Shown here piece after piece: positions 37,885 to 47,402 of a DNA stretch of 64,000 bases; position 1 is the stretch's first letter; each line of letters begins with the position of its first letter. This DNA comes from Gemmatimonadaceae bacterium (GTDB lineage Bacteria > Gemmatimonadota > Gemmatimonadetes > Gemmatimonadales > Gemmatimonadaceae): the NCBI GenBank assembly GCA_051859245.1, contig JBHYGA010000001.1:32001-96000 (forward strand), written 5' to 3'. Made by a program: the position numbers and the translations under genes. The notes under the pieces were generated by a model, which saw nothing but the letters and a program-made list of their open reading frames with translations, was not told the origin of the DNA and did no database searches.

Positions 37885-40427
37885 TACACCCCAACCAACT
37901 CCGGCTCCTCAACCGCCTCGTGCACCCCACCGCCAACCAGCGCGATCTTGAGCACTTCCTGCAGTGTCTCGACCGGATGAAACGTCAGCGTATCCTTCAC
38001 ATCCTGCGGGACATCCTCAAGGTCATCAAAGTTGCTCTTGGGCAGAATGATGGTCGTGACGCCGGCACGATGCGCGCCGAGCACTTTTTCCTTGAGCCCA
38101 CCAATCGGGAGCACACGTCCGCGCAGCGTGATTTCACCTGTCATCGCGACATCGCGCCGCACTTTGCGATTCGACATTTCTGACACAAGCGCGGTGGCAA
38201 TCGCAATGCCGGCACTCGGGCCATCTTTGGGAATGGCACCAGCGGGCACGTGAATGTGTGCTTCGCTCGCACTCGCGATGCGTTCCGCCGGAATGCCCAG
38301 CACATCGGCATTGTTCGTCGCGTACGTGAGCGCCGCGCGCGCACTCTCCTTCATCACGTCACCAAGCTGACCGGTGAGAATGAGTGAAATCGGGCCAACG
38401 CGCACATTCTCCGACTCCTCACTATCGCGAGGCCGTGACACCGCACCACGACGAATGGACGCTTCCACGAACATGATGTCGCCGCCCATGGGCGTGTAGT
38501 ACATGCCAGAGGCAATGCCGACCTCGTCGTGCTCGGCTACATGCTCCGGATGCACCTTCGGTCGACCCAGCAGCTCTCGCACCTCTTCGGAGCTCACGCG
38601 ATTGTCCGCCAGCACGGCTTCGTCGCCAGAGGCCACGCGACGCGCGACCTTGCGCGCCACCGCACCCAGCTGACGCTCAAGCTGTCGCACACCAGACTCG
38701 CGCGTGTATTCGGTGATCACCTTGTTCACCGCGTCGTCATCAAAGGTGAGATTGCGGCCTGACAATCCCGATTCTTCGAGTTGACGCGGAATCAGATACT
38801 TCTTGGCGATTTCCAGCTTTTCGCGCTCGGTGTAGCCACTGAAATCCACCACTTCCATACGATCAAGCAGCGGACCGGGAATATTCTGCACAAAGTTTGA
38901 CGTCGCGATGAACAACACTTCGCTCAGATCAAACGGAATGCCGAGATAGTGATCGGTGAACGAATCGTTCTGCGCCGGATCAAGCACTTCCAGCAACGCG
39001 CTCGACGGATCGCCCTGGAACGACGAACCGAGCTTGTCAATTTCGTCGAGCAGGAAGACCGGATTCTTTGTGCCGGCCTGCTTCATGCCGGCCACAATTC
39101 GACCGGGCAGCGCACCCACGTACGTACGACGATGTCCGCGGATGTCCGCTTCATCGCGCGCACCACCAAGCGCCACGCGCACGTACTCACGACCGAGGGC
39201 TCGCGCCACCGACTTCGCGATCGACGTTTTGCCGACGCCTGGCGGGCCGGTGAAGAGCAGAATCGGGCCCTTCGCCATTGCGCGCGCTTTCGCCTCGCGC
39301 GTATCGGTGATGGCGCGGTCCTCGTGTGCTTTGCCGCTGTCCTCATCACGCAATTTCGACGCGGGAAACTCGCCCGTGGTCGCCACTTCTTCGGCTAACT
39401 GCTGCGCGCGAAGCTGACGCACCGCGAGGAACTCCAGCACGCGATCCTTGACGTCCTTGAGACCGTAGTGGTCGTCGTCAAGAATGTGCTGCGCACCGGC
39501 CAGATCGAGGTGATCATCCGACCGCGTATTCCACGGCAACTCAGCGATCCACTCCAGATACGTGCGAATGACCTGCGCTTCCATGGATTCGCGTCCCGTG
39601 CGCTCAAGACGCCCAAGTTCTCGCTCCACTTCCGCGCGCGCTTCTTTCGGGAGCTGCAGCGCGTTCAGCTTCTCACGCAGCTCCTCGATTTCCTTGGACT
39701 GATCGTCGTCGCCCAGCTCTTTCTGAATCGCCTTGAGCTGTTCGCGCAAGAACATTTCGCGCTGCCGCTCGCCCAGCTCCTCCTGGACCTGCGACTTGAT
39801 GTCTTCCTGCGCCTCAAGCAGCCCGATCTGACGCTGCACGTGCACCAGCACACGGCGCAGGCGCTCTTCAACAGAGAGCGTCTCCAGCAGCCCCTGTTTT
39901 TCGGGCACGGTCAGTTCGATGTAGCCGGCCACCAGATCCGAGAACCGGCCCGGTTCGGTGACTGAGTCCAGCACCTGGTGCAGCACTTCTTCGGGCAAGC
40001 CGCGCTTTTCGCCCAGCTCGGCGGCCCGCTCGCGCGTTTCCTTGTGTAACGCCTCGAAGGCCGGATCCTTGGGCTCCAGCGGCAGCATTTCATCGGCCGC
40101 GACCACCACCGCCTGCAAATGGCCGTCCGACTCCGAGTAGTGCAGGGCGGTGGCCCGCTGCTCGCCCTGGAGCAGCAACTGCACGCCGCCCAGACCGCGC
40201 TGGATCTGTCCGATCCGGGCAATCACGCCCATGCTATAGAGAATGTCCGAAGACGGTTCCTCGGTATTGTCTCGCTGGGCCACCGCAAAAACGACCCGGT
40301 CGCCCTTCAAGGCGGCCTCGATCGCTCGCAAGGTGCCCGGGCGTCCCGCGGCAATCGGCGCGGTGATACCTGGGAACATGACCGTCCCACGGAGGGGCAG
40401 GACGGGAAGGGTTTGACGCTCGCCCAT
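37884..40427 (-). CDS. lon: Lon protease (endopeptidase La)
   Basis: LPVLPLR N-domain, GPPGVGKT, IRGHRRTYVGA, LLDEIDK, PKDGPSAG, IGGLKEK. Confidence 0.96.
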   Translation of the reverse strand: MGERQTLPVLPLRGTVMFPGITAPIAAGRPGTLRAIEAALKGDRVVFAVAQRDNTEEPSSDILYSMGVIARIGQIQRGLGGVQLLLQGEQRATALHYSESDGHLQAVVVAADEMLPLEPKDPAFEALHKETRERAAELGEKRGLPEEVLHQVLDSVTEPGRFSDLVAGYIELTVPEKQGLLETLSVEERLRRVLVHVQRQIGLLEAQEDIKSQVQEELGERQREMFLREQLKAIQKELGDDDQSKEIEELREKLNALQLPKEARAEVERELGRLERTGRESMEAQVIRTYLEWIAELPWNTRSDDHLDLAGAQHILDDDHYGLKDVKDRVLEFLAVRQLRAQQLAEEVATTGEFPASKLRDEDSGKAHEDRAITDTREAKARAMAKGPILLFTGPPGVGKTSIAKSVARALGREYVRVALGGARDEADIRGHRRTYVGALPGRIVAGMKQAGTKNPVFLLDEIDKLGSSFQGDPSSALLEVLDPAQNDSFTDHYLGIPFDLSEVLFIATSNFVQNIPGPLLDRMEVVDFSGYTEREKLEIAKKYLIPRQLEESGLSGRNLTFDDDAVNKVITEYTRESGVRQLERQLGAVARKVARRVASGDEAVLADNRVSSEEVRELLGRPKVHPEHVAEHDEVGIASGMYYTPMGGDIMFVEASIRRGAVSRPRDSEESENVRVGPISLILTGQLGDVMKESARAALTYATNNADVLGIPAERIASASEAHIHVPAGAIPKDGPSAGIAIATALVSEMSNRKVRRDVAMTGEITLRGRVLPIGGLKEKVLGAHRAGVTTIILPKSNFDDLEDVPQDVKDTLTFHPVETLQEVLKIALVGGGVHEAVEEPELVGV

Positions 40428-40659
40428 AAATGACTTCCTGGCTCGGGAGAAAAGAGAATGTGCATGACAGGAGCACGATTCGCACCCACCCAAGTGTGCC
40501 ACCGTGGCAGACTCTGCAACTTTCCCATGACCTCGTGACGTAGTGCTCCCTACCCGGCTGCCGACTCGGCGGACCGGCTGTTGTATCGCTGTCTCGTTGT
40601 GCTACACTACCACGACCTATCAGGTCGACTCCCTGTTTCTGTCCCTGGATCCCAAGCGC

Positions 40660-42678
40660 GTGCACGATTCCGCCGCCTCGAGCGACGCCGAACTCAGAGA
40701 ACACGTCCAACGCACCCTCGCCGCGACCTACGATGTCGAGCGGGAAATCGGTCGCGGAGGGATGGGCGTTGTCTACCGTGCCATCGACAAGCGACTCAAG
40801 CGACCGGTCGCGATCAAGCTGTTGCCGCCGGAGCTCGCGTTTCGTCGCGATGTGCGTCAGCGCTTTCAGCGTGAGGCCGAAACCGCGGCGCAGCTGAGTC
40901 ATCCGAACATTGTGCCGATCTATTCTGTTGATGAGATAGGTAACCTTGTGTTTTTCGTGATGGCGTGTGTTGATGGCGACAATCTCGCCACACAGTTGCG
41001 CAAGCGCGGGCCGTTGCCGCCCACGGAGATTCAGCGCTATCTCATGGAAGTCGCGGACGCGCTCACGTACGCGCACGCGCGCGGCGTAATCCATCGTGAT
41101 ATCAAGCCCGACAATATTCTGATCGACGCACTCGACGGACGCGCGCTGGTGACCGATTTCGGTATCGCGCGCGCGGCCGAGGGCGGTGAAGGCGGTGACG
41201 GCTCACGGCTCACGGCCACAGGTCTGGCCATTGGTACGCCCGCGTACATGTCGCCGGAACAAGCGTCGGGCGATCGCGACATTGACGGACGCACTGATTT
41301 GTACGCCTTGGGCGTTGTGGCGTACCAGATGCTCACCGGGGAGCCGCCGTTCACCGGCAACACCACGCCGGTGTTGCTCGTCAAGCATCTCACGGAAACA
41401 CCCGTGCCCGTGGAAGAGCGGCGTCCGGATACGCCGCCGATTCTCGCGGCCATGGTGATGCGACTGCTCGAGAAGGATCCGAGTCACCGGTTCCAGAGTG
41501 CAGGCGAGTTTGCGCAAGCGCTGCGCTCGGGTATCGTGCCGTCGGCGACGTTCTCCACGATGCCGTCGCGTTCATCACGACCGCTTCAGAGCAGCGCGAA
41601 CGTCGGCAGCGGCGTACCGGCCACGGCGCCGCTCGCGTCGCGGCAGCCGTTCGCTGCACCAGTGTCGTTGCCACGCACCTCAAGCGGTGCCTACGCACCG
41701 CTTGACGGCGATCAGTACGTGCCAACGGCCGAAGAACTGGTCCGCTGGGAAGCACCGGTGGTGCAGAAATTCCGCAGCAAGCTCGCGCCGTTTCTGTTCG
41801 TGAACGGTGTGATGATCGTGGTGTCAATCTTTGCGGGTTCGAACTTTTTGCCAATCACGGCGATCTGGTCGATCGTGCTGTCGTATCAGTACGCGAAGCT
41901 GTGGTCTGATGGCTTCGACTGGCGCGATGTGTTGCGTCAGCCGCGCGACCGCATGTTCGGCGATGTCATCTCCGATGTGGGCGATTCAGTTCAGTCCGCA
42001 TTCTCCGCCAAGAAGCGAGAAGAGTTGCGAGCGTTGGGTCGAACCGGCTCCGGTCTTTCCGGCGCGTTGTCCCCGCGCTCACCGGTTCGCGGTTTAGCCC
42101 CGGGTGCCGCGCCAACGACGCCCGCATCCTTCGGAGCGCAGAGTCCGGTCGTCGATGGTGCGCGCGGTGCACGCGACGAAATCGTACGCTTGCTCGCCAC
42201 GTTGCCCGCCGCCGATCGCAGCAAGATTCCCGACGTTGCGCAAACGGCGAATTCGCTGGTGCAAAAGGTGGAGCAGCTGGCCCACTCGATCGCGATGACC
42301 GAGGAGGCGATGAACGCAAAACCGCTTACCACCATCGACGCCGAGATCGAACGCCTCGAAGCGGCAGCAAATCCGCTGGAGGCAGGCTCCGACACGCGCG
42401 TGCGAAGACTGGCGCTGCTGCGCCGCGAACGCCGCGCCGCGCTCGACTATGATCGCAAGCGCGAAGACGCGCGGTCCCGTCTCGATTCGTGCACGCTGGC
42501 ACTCGAAAATATTCGTCTGGACCTGGTGCGTTTGCGCACGGGCGGCAGCACCGTGCAAAGTGTGACGCTCGTGGCGGAGCAGGCAATGGCCGTGGCGCGG
42601 GAAGTGGATCGCGTGGTGGAGGCGGCACAGGAAGTACGTGAACTCACGTCCGCGCGCGGTGCTGGTTCGTCCCGCTAG
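40660..42678 (+). CDS. Ser/Thr protein kinase with TM hairpin and C-terminal helical domain
   Basis: GRGGMG, VAIK, HRDIKPDN, DFG, GTPAYMSPE; two hydrophobic helices; coiled-coil C-terminus. Confidence 0.92.
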   Translation: MHDSAASSDAELREHVQRTLAATYDVEREIGRGGMGVVYRAIDKRLKRPVAIKLLPPELAFRRDVRQRFQREAETAAQLSHPNIVPIYSVDEIGNLVFFVMACVDGDNLATQLRKRGPLPPTEIQRYLMEVADALTYAHARGVIHRDIKPDNILIDALDGRALVTDFGIARAAEGGEGGDGSRLTATGLAIGTPAYMSPEQASGDRDIDGRTDLYALGVVAYQMLTGEPPFTGNTTPVLLVKHLTETPVPVEERRPDTPPILAAMVMRLLEKDPSHRFQSAGEFAQALRSGIVPSATFSTMPSRSSRPLQSSANVGSGVPATAPLASRQPFAAPVSLPRTSSGAYAPLDGDQYVPTAEELVRWEAPVVQKFRSKLAPFLFVNGVMIVVSIFAGSNFLPITAIWSIVLSYQYAKLWSDGFDWRDVLRQPRDRMFGDVISDVGDSVQSAFSAKKREELRALGRTGSGLSGALSPRSPVRGLAPGAAPTTPASFGAQSPVVDGARGARDEIVRLLATLPAADRSKIPDVAQTANSLVQKVEQLAHSIAMTEEAMNAKPLTTIDAEIERLEAAANPLEAGSDTRVRRLALLRRERRAALDYDRKREDARSRLDSCTLALENIRLDLVRLRTGGSTVQSVTLVAEQAMAVAREVDRVVEAAQEVRELTSARGAGSSR

Positions 42679-42681
42679 CAG

Positions 42682-44997
42682 ATGATGGTGACACCGATGA
42701 ACTCAACGGATCTCGCTGGCGCGCCTCGCCCCGATGACAGCGAGCTGTTGTTGGCGCGCGTTCGCGTCGCCGTGGCAGAACGCTACGACGGATTGCGTGA
42801 GATCGGGCGCGGTGGCATGGCGGTGGTGTATGCGGCGCGCGATCGCAAACTCAACCGCGATATCGCGCTCAAGGTCTTGCCACCGGATCTCGCGTTCCGC
42901 AGCGATGTGCGCGAGCGCTTTGTGCGCGAAGCGCAAACTGCGGCGCGCTTGAACCACCCCAGCATTGTGCCCATTTATGCGGTGGACGAAGCGGAAGGCC
43001 TCGTGTATTTCGCGATGGCGCTGGTGCAGGGCGAGAGTCTGGCAACACGCTTGTCGCGTGAACCGAGGCCGCCGCTGGCGTTTGTGCGCAATGTGCTCGC
43101 ACAGGTGGCGGATGCGCTGGCGTACGCGCACCGCTCCGGCGTGGTGCACCGCGATATCAAGCCCGACAACATTCTGCTTGAACACGCCACTGGCCGCGCG
43201 ATTGTCACCGACTTTGGCATCGCGCACGCTGTGCAGAGCGGCGCACGCCTGACGCAAACAGGCATCGCGGTCGGGACACCGGCGTTCATGAGCCCAGAAC
43301 AGGCCATGGGACAGCGAGATGTCGACGGCCGCAGCGATGTCTACGGGCTCGGCGTGGTGGGCTACGTCATGCTCACGGGTCGTTTGCCGTTTGACGCGGA
43401 AACAAGCGCAGGCATGCTCGTGCAGCACGTGCAGGGCACACCGTTTCCGATTGCGAACTTTCGTCCCGATCTGCCGTTCAGCATTACCGATGCGATCACG
43501 CGCGCGATATCGCGTGAGCCGTCCGCGCGTTGGTCCGATGCGGCGGCGTTTGCTGCGGCGTTGCGAGCCGGTGATGACGACGATCGTGCGGGTGAGCGTG
43601 AACGTGCGGAACGAGATCGCCAGCGCGCCGCGCGGGCCCTCGAGTTACGGGCGGCGACCGAGGGGCGGAACGTTGGCCTGGCGCGAGGTGCTGAGCCATA
43701 CCTGGCGCAGTATGATGCGGTCGCGTCTGGTGAACGCGAGCTGGCGCACGCGCGACAGCACGTTGATCGCTCCATGCAGCGCGTGAGCTCCTCACTTGGC
43801 GAGTCGATGGAGCGGATGAACGAATCACTCGCGTACGCCGGCGAACAGTTGCGTCGCTCGCGCGGTGCGGTGGCACCGGTTGATGAGCCGGCTGACGGTA
43901 AAGGCATTTCCCGCAATCGACGCATTGGCAAGTTCCGGTTGCACGCGGTTCAGGCGGCGATGCTGATGTTGATGCTGTTTGTGATCAACATGGTGACATC
44001 GGATGCATTTCCGTGGTTCATCTTTCCGAGTTTTGGCATTTCGCTTGGACTTATCGGCTCTCTGATCGGCCTTCGCGAACACGACATCCGTCTGCGTGAT
44101 GTGTTGCGCGGCCATATGCTCGATGAGCCGCAGCCCGTTGCGACATCCACAAAGGCACAGCGTGCGCGTGAAGTGCTGCGCGACTTCAAGCGGCGTGCGA
44201 AGTGGGTTGGTATCTCATTGCTCGGTTCCGCCGCCGGACTGGTTGGACTCGCGGCCTCAGGCGGTGCGGAACCGTTTCTGGTTCCGTTCCTCGGCGGTGG
44301 CGCACTCGCACTGTACAACGGAGTGCTGCTCACGCGCGATGCGTTGCGACTGCGCGACGTTGGTCTGACCACGCGCGACGCGATCGGCGAAAGCTGGCAG
44401 GACAAAATCGCCGCCATGGATGACCGTCCGCGCAGCGTGCGCATGGCGCAGGAGACGGCGCTGCTCGCTGATCCGGAAGTGCTGAGATCGCCGCACGGTC
44501 GTGTGTTGCGCGAAGCGGTGGATGACTGCACCACAATTCGCGAGACGTGGGCGAAGCTTGACGCGGCAGACCGTGAGCTCGTGCCCGATGTCGGCCCCAC
44601 GGCCGATGCGCTCCTTGAGCGCGTGTCCGCATTGGTGAGTAATCTGGCGCGGCTCGACGGAGCGGTGGACGCGCACTCGCTGCCGTCGCTCGAGGCGCGC
44701 ATTGCCGAGGCTGAATCGATTGAGTCGCCAACGGTGGAGGCGGAGCGTCGGCTGACACTGCTCAAGCGGCAGTATGCATCATTGCAGGAGCTGGTGGAGC
44801 GGCAGGACGCGCTGCAGCGACAGCTGGAAAGTGCATCGCTGGCACTGCGTTCACTCAGGCTCGATGTGGTAAAGTTGCGCGCGCTGGGTGTTGGGGCCGC
44901 GATTGGTGACGTGACCAGCGCAACGCAGGAAGCGCGCGCGATTTCCAAGGATATTGGAAGGGCGTTGGATGTCGCGGAGGAGATGCGGCGGCTGTAG
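42682..44997 (+). CDS. Ser/Thr protein kinase paralog with two TM hairpins and the same C-terminal domain
   Basis: GRGGMA, IALK, HRDIKPDN, DFG, GTPAFMSPE; 2TM-like segment (LFVINM...PWFIFP); C-terminal LALRSLRLDVVKLR. Confidence 0.92.
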   Translation: MMVTPMNSTDLAGAPRPDDSELLLARVRVAVAERYDGLREIGRGGMAVVYAARDRKLNRDIALKVLPPDLAFRSDVRERFVREAQTAARLNHPSIVPIYAVDEAEGLVYFAMALVQGESLATRLSREPRPPLAFVRNVLAQVADALAYAHRSGVVHRDIKPDNILLEHATGRAIVTDFGIAHAVQSGARLTQTGIAVGTPAFMSPEQAMGQRDVDGRSDVYGLGVVGYVMLTGRLPFDAETSAGMLVQHVQGTPFPIANFRPDLPFSITDAITRAISREPSARWSDAAAFAAALRAGDDDDRAGERERAERDRQRAARALELRAATEGRNVGLARGAEPYLAQYDAVASGERELAHARQHVDRSMQRVSSSLGESMERMNESLAYAGEQLRRSRGAVAPVDEPADGKGISRNRRIGKFRLHAVQAAMLMLMLFVINMVTSDAFPWFIFPSFGISLGLIGSLIGLREHDIRLRDVLRGHMLDEPQPVATSTKAQRAREVLRDFKRRAKWVGISLLGSAAGLVGLAASGGAEPFLVPFLGGGALALYNGVLLTRDALRLRDVGLTTRDAIGESWQDKIAAMDDRPRSVRMAQETALLADPEVLRSPHGRVLREAVDDCTTIRETWAKLDAADRELVPDVGPTADALLERVSALVSNLARLDGAVDAHSLPSLEARIAEAESIESPTVEAERRLTLLKRQYASLQELVERQDALQRQLESASLALRSLRLDVVKLRALGVGAAIGDVTSATQEARAISKDIGRALDVAEEMRRL

Positions 44998-45021
44998 TCA
45001 CGTAGTCGCGGCGGCGAGAGG

Positions 45022-45257
45022 TTGCAGTTCCTGATTCGGTCATTCGGCCGCTCTTGGCGGAGCCCACGGCCATTCGGCCTTTCGGCCTCGCAGATTCGTA
45101 CGACGGCACAGAGCATCAATCCGTTCTTTGCATGGCCGCAAGACCGGTCACACTTCCTTTTGTACGTTCCGTGCAGCCTTTCGAAACGGTGAGGCCGAAA
45201 GGCCAAATGGCCTTGGGCTCCGTCAAAAGCGGCCGAATGACCGAATCAGAACTGCAA
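45022..45257. repeat. Long palindromic repeat element, copy 2
   Basis: Same terminal arms as 37644..37884 with a diverged centre; lies between convergent genes. Confidence 0.9.
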
Positions 45258-45285
45258 AAGCATTCGGCCTGAAATACGGACGGGC

Positions 45286-45600
45286 CTAGTCCAAGGTATC
45301 CAGAAACGCTTCCAGATCTCCCACGAGCGTTGGATGCCGGTGCCGATTCGCGGCGTCAATCCCCTTGGCAATCGCGCTACGCGCATCCGCGATCCGATCC
45401 ATATGTCGCAGTGATTCTGCGTAGCGCAGCCAGCCATTGCCTTCGTCGTCATGCATGTCGAGATACTGCGCGAAATGCTCCACCGCCTCGGCGTGCGCGC
45501 CCGTTTTTGCGAGCTCGGTGGCCAGGCCAAATCGCGCCATCGCGTGCGCCGGCTGACGTGCAACCATCACACGGAATGTTTCTAATCGATCATTGCTCAT
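45286..45600 (-). CDS. Small TPR protein
   Basis: P.HAMARFGLA...EAVEHF..YL...D.GNGWLRYAE.L TPR-like pattern; GGAG RBS. Confidence 0.75.
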   Translation of the reverse strand: MSNDRLETFRVMVARQPAHAMARFGLATELAKTGAHAEAVEHFAQYLDMHDDEGNGWLRYAESLRHMDRIADARSAIAKGIDAANRHRHPTLVGDLEAFLDTLD

Positions 45601-45622
45601 TGCGGCTCCCGTGCGCTGCAGA

Positions 45623-46468
45623 TCATTGAACCAGTAACTCCGCCACGGCCATGGCCAGTCGATCAGGCGCTTCTTCTGGAATGGCGTGTGACATGCCGGC
45701 CAGTCGGTGCACCGTGAGTGATCCACCCACGCACTCTGGCAAGGCGCGGCGCAGCGACTCACCGCCGCGAGGCACAAACGGATCGTCCGCACCGAGCATC
45801 AAGCTAACCGGCATCTGCAAGCTAGCGGGGGCCATGGCGATCGGACCAGCAACGGACGCAATCGACTCGAGCTGTCGGCATGCAACCTCTCGTCCCTCTT
45901 CGCTGCGAAACACTTTCAGCGAGACGTCAGTGGCGTTCGCCGCGAGCAAACGATTGGTGTAACCGCGTACGAGTGCGCTATGCAGCGCCGACGCCAGCCA
46001 GTCCGGTGGCAACATGCGCCAGACGCGCGTGGCGCGCGCCAGTCGTCGCACGCTGCGTGGCGCCTCGACGCTTTCGCCGTTGGGCCGCAACAGGCATGGA
46101 TTGCACAGCAACAATCGCTCGACGCGTTCCGGCGCGGCTTGTGCGATCGCGACGGCAACCGCCGCCCCCAAGCCGTGTCCCACGACGCACGCGGGTTCAA
46201 CGCCGAGCGCCGAGAGCAACGCGACCACGCGCGACGCGTGCGCCAGGGTTCCGAAATCGGCATCGCGTGGGAGATCACTGCGGCCGTGGCCAAGCAGGTC
46301 GATGACCAGCACGCGGTGTCCCTTGGGCAGACGCGAAATCAGGTCGCGCCAAATGTGCGACGATGTGAATGCACCGTGCAGCAACACGATCGGCTCGCCT
46401 GCGCCGCGCGTGCCGGCCGCGAAGCAGTAGAGACGCGTATCATCAAGGTCGACAAACTCGCCGCGCAT
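45623..46468 (-). CDS. Alpha/beta fold hydrolase
   Basis: LLHGA, DLLGHGRS, GHGLG nucleophile elbow (Gly where Ser/Asp is usual), GADD, SHAIPEE. Confidence 0.85.
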   Translation of the reverse strand: MRGEFVDLDDTRLYCFAAGTRGAGEPIVLLHGAFTSSHIWRDLISRLPKGHRVLVIDLLGHGRSDLPRDADFGTLAHASRVVALLSALGVEPACVVGHGLGAAVAVAIAQAAPERVERLLLCNPCLLRPNGESVEAPRSVRRLARATRVWRMLPPDWLASALHSALVRGYTNRLLAANATDVSLKVFRSEEGREVACRQLESIASVAGPIAMAPASLQMPVSLMLGADDPFVPRGGESLRRALPECVGGSLTVHRLAGMSHAIPEEAPDRLAMAVAELLVQ

Positions 46469-46573
46469 CAGCGGACGAGCTGTCTCGATGTGAGCAAATC
46501 AGCAGCGGCCCAGGTCATGTACGCGCAATCTCTCCGCGGAACAAACGGTATGACAAGGGAACAGCACCACACA

Positions 46574-46614
46574 GCAAACGAGGGATGGCCCGTGTGGACC
46601 ACCCCTCGCTCGCT
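46574..46614 (-). terminator. Probable terminator hairpin
   Basis: CGAGGG...CCCTCG stem just downstream of the 46641 gene stop, followed by TTTG on the minus strand. Confidence 0.45.
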
Positions 46615-46640
46615 CACCTTCGGTTTGTACGGCGACGCGT

Positions 46641-47069
46641 TTAGCGCACCGAGTACGAGAACGAGGGCGGACGACGACCTGCGCCAGGCGCCGGCATCGC
46701 TTCGACGTTCTTGTCAAACTGCGCCTGCTGGTCGGCCTTAAGCACGTTGCGAAGCGCGGCGCGCTGCTCCGTCTGCATGGCCTGCATCTGGGCCATCATG
46801 GCCTGACGGTCACCGCCGCCACCCATGGCCGCCTGACGCATTTCGGCCTGCTTGGCCGCCGTCGCGGTAAAGATCGAGTCGACCTTCTTGGTCTGCGCTT
46901 CATCGAGCGTGATGTCTTTGAACAGCAGACCCTTCTGACGCTCAATCATCTGCGCGCCGCCCATGCCACCGCGGCCACCACCACCGCCACCACCACCCTG
47001 CGCTTCCACCTGCGTGCTCGCCGCGACCAGCATGAAAGCCACAGTAACGAACTTATTGAGGGACATCAT
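46641..47069 (-). CDS. Secreted Spy/CpxP-like helical protein
   Basis: Signal peptide, Gly/Met-rich ends, ITLDEAQ and VLKADQ (LTxxQ-like) motifs. Confidence 0.6.
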   Translation of the reverse strand: MMSLNKFVTVAFMLVAASTQVEAQGGGGGGGGRGGMGGAQMIERQKGLLFKDITLDEAQTKKVDSIFTATAAKQAEMRQAAMGGGGDRQAMMAQMQAMQTEQRAALRNVLKADQQAQFDKNVEAMPAPGAGRRPPSFSYSVR

Positions 47070-47402
47070 GGAGACACTTTCCTCGAGGAAGGTAGGGGAG
47101 CAATCGAGCACACCCGCTCGTTGGGAGTACCGGTGTGAGCGGTCTATCTCGTGAGACGCCACGGCGCGCGCTGCGTTAATGTTAGAGAGCGAACGCAAAA
47201 GGTCAGGTTGGGAGCAGGCGCGTTCCGTGTATTGGAAAAAGGAAAGATCGCACACTTTGTGATCCCGACAGTATCCGAACTACTGGCGCACCGCTCCAAA
47301 TCCTGTATGATATCGGGACTTGGCCGCTCCGACGCCGAGCCTCCATCGCTCCCGCCCGTGACTCTGCCAGATACCTCGCCTCCGCTGCCGTTTCCGTCGT
47401 CG

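Noticed and set aside
37587..38183. ORFs spanning the palindrome (37587..38183, 37645..37866; also 45054..45272)
   Set aside because: They arise from the repeat or lie antisense to lon; no RBS or recognisable domain.
45072..45093. Hammerhead-like string on the minus strand (CUGCGA-GGCC-GAAA-GGCC-GAAU)
   Set aside because: Stem II looks familiar, but the CUGANGA and GAAA core is not intact here or in the other three arms, and no stems I/III are evident.
37644..45257. Repeats as a CRISPR array or complete IS
   Set aside because: Only two copies 7 kb apart; no repeat-spacer periodicity, cas genes, transposase or target-site duplication.
40660..46468. Kinases, Lon and TPR as an anti-phage island (BREX/Pgl-like)
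   Set aside because: Lon is a canonical LonA, not BrxL-like; no methylase, PglZ or ATPase genes, and no obvious compositional shift.
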